From an uncultured bacterium (lineage in GTDB: Bacteria > B130-G9), in assembly GCA_965372715.1 (NCBI GenBank), contig CBDVDH010000019.1:1-57628 (forward strand): a DNA stretch of 57,628 nt, in the 5' to 3' direction. Made by a program: the position numbers and the translations under genes. The notes beneath the pieces are model-generated. The model did not search any database. It was not told the DNA's origin and worked only from the letters and a program-made list of their open reading frames with translations. Positions 19,209 through 28,171 of the stretch are shown piece by piece. Every line of letters starts with the position of its first letter. Within the stretch, counting starts at the first letter, position 1.

Positions 19209-19435
19209 AGCCTAAAATGGTCCCACGGTCAAACAGGAGCAAGAACGTTTCAACGCCACACAATATGCCACTCTGCGAGGGCGCAATCAAGTCAAAAGTC
19301 AAACATGGGGAGTTCAAAGTTTAAAGTCGAAGATTCGACGGACGGCGAATTTCAAGTTAAGAATTGGAGCACAGGGAAGCGAAGCGGGTCTAGTGTGTGC
19401 CTGTGAGCGAGGGTCTCGGGGTGTGAAAAACGAGC

Positions 19436-19465
19436 TTGACTTAGCCGGTTTCGAGGCGTTATGAT
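19436..19465 (+). promoter_or_regulatory. Possible sigma70 promoter for the repeat protein gene
   Basis: TTGACT-N18-TATGAT. Confidence 0.4.
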
Positions 19466-19615
19466 GCTCGTCTAGCGCGTGGGTACTGATTATTTACGTA
19501 TGTACACCATCAGGGGAGGTGATGTCTGGGATCTGAGGTTAGTTTGACCTTCTGAGGAAGTGTTTTTGGGGCTTTACACCAAATCACCATGAACCAAATA
19601 TGGAGGCTATTTTTG

Positions 19616-22525
19616 ATGGCTAGGAAGTATGTGATTCTGCTTTTTTCTGTTCTGCTACTTGTGCCGGTTATCTCTCTCGGCGATACGACGGGCGATCATC
19701 CGCCAGAGGACCTCGTGTTCCAGGAGACTGGGCATTACGCGATTGCGGAGGATACGATCCCAAATTTCGCCCCGGGCGAGTTGTTGGACGTGTTCAACAT
19801 CACTGGCATCGCGGCTGGCTCGTCGATAGTAAAAGCCTTTCTCTACCTCAATGGCGTGGAGATAGAACGTACCTATGAGGGCGCCGGCGGGAGCTTTAAC
19901 TTCAACACTCTGCCCTGGAAGAGCACAGCTGATTACGTTGACGACTTCTATTTGGGTGACTTCCGCTACTATTGCACCGGCTACCGATGGGATGTTACGG
20001 CCTTCGTGACTGGCGATGGCGCGTATGAAATCCGGCTCAACGGTCCCATGGTGTGCCTGAGTGCTTTTCTGGTTGTCGTGTATGAGAACCAGGCGCTTCC
20101 GGAAGTGCAGGTGTCGATCACGATGGGCGAAGAGATACTGATGCCCCAGCCCACTGGCGCATCATCGGGTGTTTCCCTGGTTCACATCCCTAACATAGGC
20201 GCCGGCGACGGGCGCCTATTCCTTTTCGGCGAGTCCATGTGGGCAATAGGGGAAGAGAAGCTTGAGTTCAACGGGATTGGCGGCAATGTTGACGTGTTCT
20301 GGGACCATGGCCAGGCTTATCATGCGGGCGCGGTTACTACGCTGGAAGGCATGAATACTGTGGGGCTCACAGCCCTGCAAGACCTTCTGCTCTGGAAGAT
20401 CGTGGTTCTCATCAGCCCGGCGGGCGAGGCGCCTGACCCGCTCGACAAGATCGAGGCCAAGCTCGACCGAGACCTGCCCAGGCTAGAGCGCAAGCTGGAT
20501 GAGGGCCTTCCAGCGATCATCGTGATCGAGGGTAAGCTGGACGAGGCGCTGCCCATGATAGAGCGGAAGCTCGACGAGCTTGGGGGCCTGAATGTTGATT
20601 TGCTCATCGAGGACCTTGCAAAGCTGGAAGCTAAGGCCGACAAGCTTGAGGCGAAGGTCGATCCGGTCGGGGATCAGCTGGAGGCGATAGAGGGCAAGAT
20701 GGATCGTCATTTCGGCGACTTCTCATTCTGGGAACTGGAAAAGAAGATCGACCAGGTAGGCGGCGACGTCACGGGTGGCTTGCACCATCTGTATCAGATC
20801 GCGACGGCCGCTGCGATCGATGCGATCGAGGCCAAGCTCGACCGTCTGGACCCGAACATTGGCGGCATCTCCGACGGCCTGGGAGAGCTCACCCGGATGA
20901 CGTTTACCACTACCACGATCATGAACGAAATCGTCACTATGACAACGATAATGCGGGCTAACCAGGAGGTAATACTCACATCCACCACGGTAATCGTATC
21001 GACCGTTGACCAGCTCGAGGAGAAGCTGGACGGGCTGGGATACGACACCGACATGATTATGTATGACACTTCGTTTGGCCTGACGACCATCCATTCTGAG
21101 ATTGCGCGACTCGAGGCCAAACTCGACGGCGAGAACGGTATTTCCGGCATGCTCTATGGCATTGAGGCGAAGCTCGACGACGGCCAACAAGGCGTGAGAT
21201 GGGACCTGGCTAAAATTGAGAACAAGCTCGACGGGGAGATCGACAGCTATCTGACTGGGATCGAGGCGAAGCTCGACGGCATGCATGATAGCATGTGGTT
21301 TGATTACTTCCAGGAGTATGTGTACAGCCAATTCGGCGTGCTTGTCGGGCAGGGCTATCAGCTGGAAGCCAAGATCGACGACGGCGTCCAACCGGGAATA
21401 GAGACCATTATCGGGTTGCTCGGCGCCGGAGGAACCGATGCTACACTTGCGATGATTGAGGCGAAGCTCGACGACATGATCCCGTTGGTGGATGAGATCT
21501 ATTGGGATCTGCTCCCCGATATCCGGGGATATGTGACGAGCAACAATCAGCTGCTCGGCGCGATTGAGGCGAAGCTCGACGGCGATGCAGGCCTGGTTTA
21601 CATGATCAATTACCTCGAGTCGAAGGTGGACGGGCTCGGGTACGACATGGATGTGATCATATATAGCGACTTCGGCCTCTTGGCTATCGCTAATGGTGTT
21701 GCCATGCTCGAGGCGAAGCTTGACGGCGAGGGAGGCATTGTCGATGTGCTCGAAGGCATTGAGGCGAAGCTCGACGCGGACGGTATCGGGGGTGCGATTA
21801 GCTACCTGGAATCCAAGGTTGACAGGTTCGAGCCAAAGATCGACACGATCTACAGCTATCAGCCGGACATCTACGGCTTGCTTCAGGGCAACAGCTATGC
21901 GCTCGGCGCGATTGAGGCGAAGCTCGACGACGGCCAAGCGGGCATAAAATGGGACCTATATCTGATTGAGGCGAAGCTTGACGGCGACGCAGGCCTCCCG
22001 GATATCTACGGTGGGGTGTTGGCCAACAACGATGCGCTCGGCGCGATTGAGGCGAAGCTTGACGGCGACGGTGGTATCACCGACTCGCTTGACGGCATTC
22101 AGGGGACGCTGGACGATACTATCGCAGGAGGGCTCTACCAGATTGAGACCAAGATCGATGGCAAGGTCTCCGATGGGATAGACGATATCCAGGCGTCGAT
22201 TGCTACGCTCGACTTCAAGATCGATCAGGTGGAGATTAAGCTCCTTCACACGCTGTTGCGTTATGAGCAAGAATGTCTAACTCCAATGGCCTACACGCCT
22301 GTCGAATTCAATCCGCATGGCAAGCTCGAAGAGGTCATGTGGTTCGTGAAGACGACGATTGAGGACCTGATAGGCATGGAATACCTCGGCGTTGACAGCA
22401 GGGCTTGGGGTGAGTGGGTCGCTGGCGAGGAAGACTACAACGCGGGCCTCTGGTATCAGGCTGGCTATCACTTCTGGTACGCATATAAATTTGCCATGTG
22501 TGACGCACAGCCACCACAGCAATAG
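19616..22525 (+). CDS. Exported protein: N-terminal beta-rich domain, long IEAKLD-repeat stalk and C-terminal helical domain
   Basis: GGAGG RBS before ATG 19616; signal peptide MARKYVILLFSVLLLVPVISLG; more than 20 [IL]E[AS]K[LIV]D repeats. Confidence 0.85.
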   Translation: MARKYVILLFSVLLLVPVISLGDTTGDHPPEDLVFQETGHYAIAEDTIPNFAPGELLDVFNITGIAAGSSIVKAFLYLNGVEIERTYEGAGGSFNFNTLPWKSTADYVDDFYLGDFRYYCTGYRWDVTAFVTGDGAYEIRLNGPMVCLSAFLVVVYENQALPEVQVSITMGEEILMPQPTGASSGVSLVHIPNIGAGDGRLFLFGESMWAIGEEKLEFNGIGGNVDVFWDHGQAYHAGAVTTLEGMNTVGLTALQDLLLWKIVVLISPAGEAPDPLDKIEAKLDRDLPRLERKLDEGLPAIIVIEGKLDEALPMIERKLDELGGLNVDLLIEDLAKLEAKADKLEAKVDPVGDQLEAIEGKMDRHFGDFSFWELEKKIDQVGGDVTGGLHHLYQIATAAAIDAIEAKLDRLDPNIGGISDGLGELTRMTFTTTTIMNEIVTMTTIMRANQEVILTSTTVIVSTVDQLEEKLDGLGYDTDMIMYDTSFGLTTIHSEIARLEAKLDGENGISGMLYGIEAKLDDGQQGVRWDLAKIENKLDGEIDSYLTGIEAKLDGMHDSMWFDYFQEYVYSQFGVLVGQGYQLEAKIDDGVQPGIETIIGLLGAGGTDATLAMIEAKLDDMIPLVDEIYWDLLPDIRGYVTSNNQLLGAIEAKLDGDAGLVYMINYLESKVDGLGYDMDVIIYSDFGLLAIANGVAMLEAKLDGEGGIVDVLEGIEAKLDADGIGGAISYLESKVDRFEPKIDTIYSYQPDIYGLLQGNSYALGAIEAKLDDGQAGIKWDLYLIEAKLDGDAGLPDIYGGVLANNDALGAIEAKLDGDGGITDSLDGIQGTLDDTIAGGLYQIETKIDGKVSDGIDDIQASIATLDFKIDQVEIKLLHTLLRYEQECLTPMAYTPVEFNPHGKLEEVMWFVKTTIEDLIGMEYLGVDSRAWGEWVAGEEDYNAGLWYQAGYHFWYAYKFAMCDAQPPQQ

Positions 22526-22548
22526 GGAAATCACACGTTTCTAACGAC

Positions 22549-22590
22549 AAGTGCCCGGTGCGCCTCATGCGCGCCGGGCATTTATTTCTT
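22549..22590 (+). terminator. Rho-independent terminator
   Basis: GTGCCCGGTGCGC-ctcat-GCGCGCCGGGCAT followed by a T-rich tail. Confidence 0.75.
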
Positions 22591-22622
22591 GCGGTTTTGG
22601 ATAGAAGAGGTATTCTCAGAAC

Positions 22623-23873
22623 ATGTTCAAACGCTGGGCCATCGTTCTAGGGATAGGCGCTGTCGCGTGCTTCGTGGTGGCGTTCGCGGCGCTTTCGCTG
22701 CGGCTTGAGAAGGTTCCGCCCAGCTCAACTCCGCCTGTCAAAGAGGTTGCGCCAGCGCGCCTGCTGTCCAAGCCCACGATTCGGCTTGACGACGAGAGGG
22801 CGCGGCCAGTTCGGGGCACAAAACCCGCCGTCGATCCGGCCTTGGATTCGCTCTCTGCGGAAGAGCTGATAGACATGCTCGGTTCCAAGGACAACGAGGC
22901 GACAAAGAGCGCGGCGCGTAAGCTGGAGAGTATGCCTTCTGAGGCTGTTCCAGCGCTTATCGAGCGTCTTTCGGAGACGTTCACGAAGGGTGATAGGTTC
23001 AACAAGCTGCGGTGGTGGTGTGTGAACACTCTCGGGAACATCAAGGACAAACGGGCGACTGAGGTCTTAGTCAAGTGCGCGGCGCTTGACGGGGACCCTC
23101 ACACGCGGTGGCGCTCCATTTGGGCGCTGAACGTGATTAGGGATGACCGTCGGGCTGCGCTGCTCAAGGAGCACCTTAAGAGCGAAGACGAGATTGAGCG
23201 CTTCAACGCGGCGACCGCGCTCAGCACAATGGACATCGACGATGGTGTCAAGGTGATTGAGGAGACGACCAAGAGCAGCGACACGTGGCTGCGTTGGCAG
23301 GCCGTGTCGGCGCTTGGGAAGATCAAGAGCCCTGAGACACTGCGACTGCTTGTAGCTTGTCTGAAGGACCCGACGGACAGCATTCGCCAGGAGGCAGCGA
23401 TGTCGCTCGGCCGGCTGAAGGATATCAATGGCGCCCCAGCGCTTGTTGAGGCGCTCGGCGACAAGAAGTCAGGCGTTAGATGGCGCGCTGCACGGTCGCT
23501 GGGCCGGCTTGGGGCCAAGGACGCGATTCCTAATCTGATTAATCTACTAGACGACCCAGACGGTTCGGTTCGCGGCCAGACGGCGGTGGCGCTCGGCGAG
23601 CTTGGGTGCAAGGATCGTGATGTCGCCAAGAAGGTGATTGAGATGCTCTCCGATCCTGAAAGGGATGTGCGCGGCAAGGCGGCGATTGCGATAGGCAGAA
23701 TAGGAACATCTGATGACCTTGACGCCGTGAACGAGGCGCTTGAGAACGAGAAGGAGGAGCGCGTGAGGCGCAAGCTCGAACGTTCGCTGCGCGCCCTCAA
23801 GTCGCTCAGGGCTGCCTTGACAGCGCCGATTCCCGTTGACTGGCCGTGCATACCGATAATGAGGGCCGCATAG
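22623..23873 (+). CDS. HEAT (PBS lyase-like) repeat protein with N-terminal membrane anchor
   Basis: Repeated L.D....VR..AA..LG units. Confidence 0.88.
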   Translation: MFKRWAIVLGIGAVACFVVAFAALSLRLEKVPPSSTPPVKEVAPARLLSKPTIRLDDERARPVRGTKPAVDPALDSLSAEELIDMLGSKDNEATKSAARKLESMPSEAVPALIERLSETFTKGDRFNKLRWWCVNTLGNIKDKRATEVLVKCAALDGDPHTRWRSIWALNVIRDDRRAALLKEHLKSEDEIERFNAATALSTMDIDDGVKVIEETTKSSDTWLRWQAVSALGKIKSPETLRLLVACLKDPTDSIRQEAAMSLGRLKDINGAPALVEALGDKKSGVRWRAARSLGRLGAKDAIPNLINLLDDPDGSVRGQTAVALGELGCKDRDVAKKVIEMLSDPERDVRGKAAIAIGRIGTSDDLDAVNEALENEKEERVRRKLERSLRALKSLRAALTAPIPVDWPCIPIMRAA

Positions 23874-24752
23874 ATGTTTTCTAGAGAGTCATTGCCCAAG
23901 GGCGCCATATTCGCCGGGTTGCTGGTCTTGATGCTTGCTGCGGGCGGCTTGTCCGCTGAGGAGTCAGGCAAGGAAACCGATGAAGGCGGCAAGGCGCTGG
24001 CCAGTGTTGGCGATGAGGTTCTTTTGCTTGACGAGTTCAACAGCGGCCTGGAGCTGCTCCAGCTCAAGGAGCAGGAGGACTTGACGCTCGAGAAGAAGAA
24101 GGCGCTCGTCGAGAACTGGATACTGACCCAGCTCATGGCTGACGAGGCTTTGAAGCGCGGCTTCGCCGAGCGCGAGGAGGTGAAATCGCGACTCGCGAAG
24201 AGCCGTGCGAAAATCCTTTCGGAGGAGCTGCTTCGTGAGGAGATGACGAAGATAACGGCGACGGATGAGGATGTGAGCAAATACTACGAGTCGCATCGCG
24301 AGTTGTTCACGATTCCTGAAACAGTCCGCCTGGGAGTTATCACGTTGCGTTCGCAAGAGGAGGCGAAAGGGGCCTTGAAGCGATTGTCGGCGGGCGAGGA
24401 CTTTGCGGAATTGGCCAAGGCCGTATCCATCGACAAGTATCGGGATTCGGGGGGCGACGCGGGAATCGTTGTGAAGTCAGACAAGCTGCCGGAATACATG
24501 AGGGCCGCGTTCTACCTTCAAGAGGGCAGTTTGAGCGACGTCATCCGTTCCCAGGAGGGCTATTGCATCCTGAAGGCGATCACGAAGTCTTCACCGAAGA
24601 CGCTGACGTTTGAGGAGCTCAGTCCCAAGCTAAAAGCCGTAATTAAGAAGCGCGCACTGCGAGAGAAGCGTGCGAAGGCGATCTTGCAGCTGCAAACGGA
24701 GCTTGAGAAGAAAGTGGCCGTAAAGCGGAATCTTGGCCTGCTGGAGAATTAA
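23874..24752 (+). CDS. PpiC-type peptidylprolyl isomerase (PrsA/SurA-like)
   Basis: Signal peptide; GEDFAELAKAVSID...SGGDAG...SDVIRSQEGYCILK. Confidence 0.88.
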   Translation: MFSRESLPKGAIFAGLLVLMLAAGGLSAEESGKETDEGGKALASVGDEVLLLDEFNSGLELLQLKEQEDLTLEKKKALVENWILTQLMADEALKRGFAEREEVKSRLAKSRAKILSEELLREEMTKITATDEDVSKYYESHRELFTIPETVRLGVITLRSQEEAKGALKRLSAGEDFAELAKAVSIDKYRDSGGDAGIVVKSDKLPEYMRAAFYLQEGSLSDVIRSQEGYCILKAITKSSPKTLTFEELSPKLKAVIKKRALREKRAKAILQLQTELEKKVAVKRNLGLLEN

Positions 24753-24855
24753 GCAGAGAAGCGCCAGCCCCTTTGTTGCGCTGATCCTTTTGTGACCTCC
24801 TCCCGGTCGGCAGTCACAGTTGACAGAGAGCGGGCTTACTTGTTATTTATGGCCC

Positions 24856-25101
24856 ATGGGAAAAAGAAGAAAGAAACAGAAGCCAGCGGTCGCGGCAAAA
24901 GCTGATGAGCGAAGACACCATTATACTTTCTCACATCTCGTGCTGGCCAACATTATCGCATGGGCAGTGTTTCTTCTGGTCCCGTTCATAGTGGGCAAGT
25001 CGTTTATGGGGCACGGCGCTAACATCTATCCGTTTTTCTCGCTGCTGGGTCTTGGATTCACGGCAGGCTCAATTCTGGACTATACATTGGACAACATTTG
25101 A
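24856..25101 (+). CDS. Small membrane protein
   Basis: Basic N-terminus plus two hydrophobic helices; co-oriented with the cluster. Confidence 0.5.
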   Translation: MGKRRKKQKPAVAAKADERRHHYTFSHLVLANIIAWAVFLLVPFIVGKSFMGHGANIYPFFSLLGLGFTAGSILDYTLDNI

Positions 25102-25128
25102 AAAAACGATTAGGGGATAGTTGACAAG

Positions 25129-25365
25129 ATGGAACGGGATAAGCAAGGGCTGGGGCTAACTGAGCTCATTTTCGAGGGAATGGCCAAGATTGGGTCGGAG
25201 TATGACTTCACGGTGTTGACCGCGGCTCGCGCGCTTCAGATACAGTCGGGGCTACTGCCTTTTTCTCGCTCGGGTGGCAAGGGCTGCCTTGAGATGGCGA
25301 TTGAAGAGATAATCGAAGGTAAGGTCGAGATCAAACCCGATGATGGAGAATTATCGCTTGAATGA
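25129..25365 (+). CDS. rpoZ: RNA polymerase omega subunit-like
   Basis: SEYDFTVLTAARALQI...MAIEEIIEGKV matches the omega pattern. Confidence 0.75.
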   Translation: MERDKQGLGLTELIFEGMAKIGSEYDFTVLTAARALQIQSGLLPFSRSGGKGCLEMAIEEIIEGKVEIKPDDGELSLE

Positions 25366-25390
25366 GAACTCACTGCTTTAGAGGTGGGAG

Positions 25391-26140
25391 ATGTCCGGGC
25401 ACTCCAAATGGAGCACAATAAAGCGTAAGAAGGGCAAAGAGGATGCCAAGCGCGGCAACCTTTTTACCAAGCTAATCAAGGAGATCACGGTCGCAGCTAA
25501 GGAGGCTGGCGGTGATGCTAACACCAACCCGAGGCTGCGAACCGCCGTGGTCTCCGCGAAGTCCGCGAACATGCCCAACGACAACATCGAGCGGGCCATC
25601 AAGAAAGGGACCGGGGAACTTCCGGGAGTGTCGTATGAGGATGTCAGCTACGAAGGCTATGGCCCGGGCGGCGTGGCGGTTTACATTGAGTGCCTGACCG
25701 ACAACAAGAACCGAGCGGTCTCCGAAGTTCGGTATATCCTATCCAAGAACGGCGGGAGAATGGCGGATGTCGGCAGCGTCTCGTGGGTCTTTGACAAGCG
25801 AGGCTTAATAGCGATCGACGAAAAGGACGTCGATGACGAAGAGCGGTTGATGGATGCCGCGATCTCAGCTGGCGCGGACGATATGACCAATGAAGATGGC
25901 GTTTTCGAGATCGTGTCCGCGCCCGAACATCTCGCTGACCTACAGGAGGCGCTGACCGGCGAGGGTTTTGAGATACAGTCGGCAGAGGTTACGATGATCC
26001 CCAAGACCACCGTCAAGGTCGAGGGCAAGGATGCAGTCCAGATGCTAAGGCTGATGGAGCGCCTCGAAGAAAGCGACGAAGTCCAGAACGTTTTCGCTAA
26101 TTTTGACATCGATCCCGAGATCATGGAGAAAGTCGGCTGA
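25391..26140 (+). CDS. yebC: YebC/PmpR family protein
   Basis: [28 protein letters not shown]. Confidence 0.97.
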   Translation: MSGHSKWSTIKRKKGKEDAKRGNLFTKLIKEITVAAKEAGGDANTNPRLRTAVVSAKSANMPNDNIERAIKKGTGELPGVSYEDVSYEGYGPGGVAVYIECLTDNKNRAVSEVRYILSKNGGRMADVGSVSWVFDKRGLIAIDEKDVDDEERLMDAAISAGADDMTNEDGVFEIVSAPEHLADLQEALTGEGFEIQSAEVTMIPKTTVKVEGKDAVQMLRLMERLEESDEVQNVFANFDIDPEIMEKVG

Positions 26141-26661
26141 GAGTTCTGGGCGTTGACCCTAGCTGTAGATCGACCGGCTACGGAATAATAGAACAAGACG
26201 AGAAGGGCAAGCTTTCCCTGATAAGATACGGGGCAATCCCGGTCCCCACCAAGGTCTCGTTGCCAGAAACGCTTCAGATCATTCATTCCGATATACTTGC
26301 CACCATCTCGGAATTCTTGCCTGACCTCGTCTCAATGGAGGCGGTCTTCTACGCCCAGAATGTGCGGTCGGCCTTCAAGCTCGGCGCCGTCAGGGGAGTT
26401 GTCATGCTCGCGGCGCAGAACTCCGGCGTGCCCGTCATGGAATACTCCACAACTGCTATCAAGCTCGCCGTCGCCGGCTTCGGCAGAGCCACGAAGGAAG
26501 CGGTCCAGAAGATGGTCAAGGTGGCACTGGACTTGAAGGAGATACGGCTTCCGCACGACGCCTCGGATGCCCTGGCGGCAGCCATCTGCCACCTCAACAC
26601 CGAGAAGCTGAGGGCACGGGTTGAGGCCTCAACCAGCAAGCAAGTCGCGAGTAATAGATGA
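26137..26661 (+). CDS. ruvC: Holliday junction resolvase RuvC (CTG start inferred)
   Basis: Frame extends upstream of the listed ORF to (L)[17 protein letters not shown]; also EAVF and [12 protein letters not shown]. Confidence 0.92.
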   Translation: MRVLGVDPSCRSTGYGIIEQDEKGKLSLIRYGAIPVPTKVSLPETLQIIHSDILATISEFLPDLVSMEAVFYAQNVRSAFKLGAVRGVVMLAAQNSGVPVMEYSTTAIKLAVAGFGRATKEAVQKMVKVALDLKEIRLPHDASDALAAAICHLNTEKLRARVEASTSKQVASNR

Positions 26662-26686
26662 CTGGATATGAAGTCTCTGGTCAAGA

Positions 26687-27277
26687 ATGATTGACTACAT
26701 ATCCGGCACAATTGTTGAGAAATCCCCGGAACGCGTGGTTCTTGACGCAGGCGGTGTGGGTATCTCAGTTCAGATCTCGTTTTGGACCTATCAGCAGCTC
26801 GGTCAGGTTGGCTCAAAGGTGAAGCTCCTGGCGCATCTTCATTTCAGAGAGCCGACGTTTGAGCTCTTTGGGTTTGCCACATCTTCGGAGCGAGATGTCT
26901 TTCGCCTGCTCATCCAGGTCTCTGGCGTTGGGGTCAAGGTCGCCAGAACGATCCTTTCGGGCATCGAACCTCGCGAGGTCAGGAACGCCATCGTGGAAAG
27001 CGACATCTCTCGACTTGCGTCCGCCCCGGGAATTGGCCCGAAGACCGCGGAGCGCATCGTCGTCTTTCTACGAGACAAGGCGAGCCAGATGGCCATCTCA
27101 GCGGAGCCCGGCGTCCCCGCGGCCGGAGGAGTCGAAAGGGACGCCGTCGCCGCGCTCGAATCCCTCGGCATCCCGCCAAATACCGCCCGAGCCGCCGTCC
27201 GCAAGCTCATCAAGCAGAAGGGCCCGTCAATTCAGCTCGACGAACTCGTCAAAGAAGCGCTGAAGGCCCTGTTCTAG
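26687..27277 (+). CDS. ruvA: Holliday junction branch migration protein RuvA
   Basis: MIDYISG; LFGF; VSGVGVK; PGIGPKTAERI. Confidence 0.96.
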   Translation: MIDYISGTIVEKSPERVVLDAGGVGISVQISFWTYQQLGQVGSKVKLLAHLHFREPTFELFGFATSSERDVFRLLIQVSGVGVKVARTILSGIEPREVRNAIVESDISRLASAPGIGPKTAERIVVFLRDKASQMAISAEPGVPAAGGVERDAVAALESLGIPPNTARAAVRKLIKQKGPSIQLDELVKEALKALF

Positions 27278-27391
27278 AATGAACTGCCCTAGAGGGGAAA
27301 CGGCCGAAAAACCGATCAGGGAACATTCTGCTCGCCCCGTGCCTCGGCCACGAAATGCGGAAACCTTAGACGGAGCAGGGCCATGAGCGCA

Positions 27392-28171
27392 TCATTGTCC
27401 GGCGGGAGAGCTGACTAGGAAGGATTGGCTAATCGGAGGTATGAGTTGGGCTGGCATCTTCTCGCGGGAGGGAACACACTCTGCGCTCGATCGCAAAATC
27501 ATCTGTCGCAGGGCAAAGAGATAATGTGTTCGTGAAAACGGCCTGGTTTTACGGGATTTGAGCAATACTTCGCAGAACTGTGTGTTGGCGTCAAACAACA
27601 TAATGCCGACCTTCATTGTTTTGAACGCCCTCAGGTTCTTTCTCAGTATTCGCTCGCGCTCCTTCGGAAACACTGTCATAACGCGAGTGGCGAAGGCCCT
27701 ATATTGCGTTGCCTGATAAAGAGCCCGGCGCCAATCATGCAACTTCAGCTCAAACGCCCACATATTCAATTGTGCATCCCGCCACATCTCCGAGAGGACA
27801 TACGCCCCGGTGTCACGTTGCACCACAAGCCTATCCGTTACCAGACGTGAGAGAATCCGGCGTGTTGTCGTATGAGAAAAGCCCGTAGCTTCCGCGATGT
27901 AATGTCGCCTCCGTGGTGCGCCGAATCTGAGAGCTGATAAGACATGGATACAGGCGGTATCGGAGACCCAGTAGCTATTTAGGGGTTCTTCAACGCTCAC
28001 TTCGACCGAGCTTGAGCCCTCGGCAGCCACAAAATCCGCAATCCCCTGTCGGCAGGTCACCTCCGGATGGACGGTTGCGAAATCCGGAAGGACGCCCCAT
28101 GAGGCCGAGGAGTCCAACCACTCCATAAAGGCCTTCGCCATTTCCTTTTCGGAAAACGAGAATTGACTCAT
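27392..28171 (-). CDS. PD-(D/E)XK nuclease-like protein with inserted winged HTH
   Basis: EVTCRQGIADFV ... IAEATGFSHTTTRRILSRLV (wHTH) ... AFELKLHDWRRALYQATQY (ExK...QxxxY). Confidence 0.75.
   Translation of the reverse strand: MSQFSFSEKEMAKAFMEWLDSSASWGVLPDFATVHPEVTCRQGIADFVAAEGSSSVEVSVEEPLNSYWVSDTACIHVLSALRFGAPRRRHYIAEATGFSHTTTRRILSRLVTDRLVVQRDTGAYVLSEMWRDAQLNMWAFELKLHDWRRALYQATQYRAFATRVMTVFPKERERILRKNLRAFKTMKVGIMLFDANTQFCEVLLKSRKTRPFSRTHYLFALRQMILRSSAECVPSREKMPAQLIPPISQSFLVSSPAGQ

Noticed and set aside
20723-21937. 404-aa antisense ORF with VELRL repeats
   Set aside because: Shadow of the repetitive plus-strand gene.
21010-22075. CRISPR-like pattern of a recurring ~19-bp repeat with variable spacers
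   Set aside because: Repeats are in-frame codons for IEAKLD with third-position variation, spacer lengths are irregular, and no cas genes are present.
23099-24280. 393-aa Ser-rich antisense ORF (likewise 15439-16473, 43335-44297, 45821-46633)
   Set aside because: Antisense shadows of well-supported genes in GC-rich DNA, with no motifs.
27278-27391. Possible att site or tRNA at the island boundary
   Set aside because: No cloverleaf and no direct repeat shared with the other boundary was found by eye.
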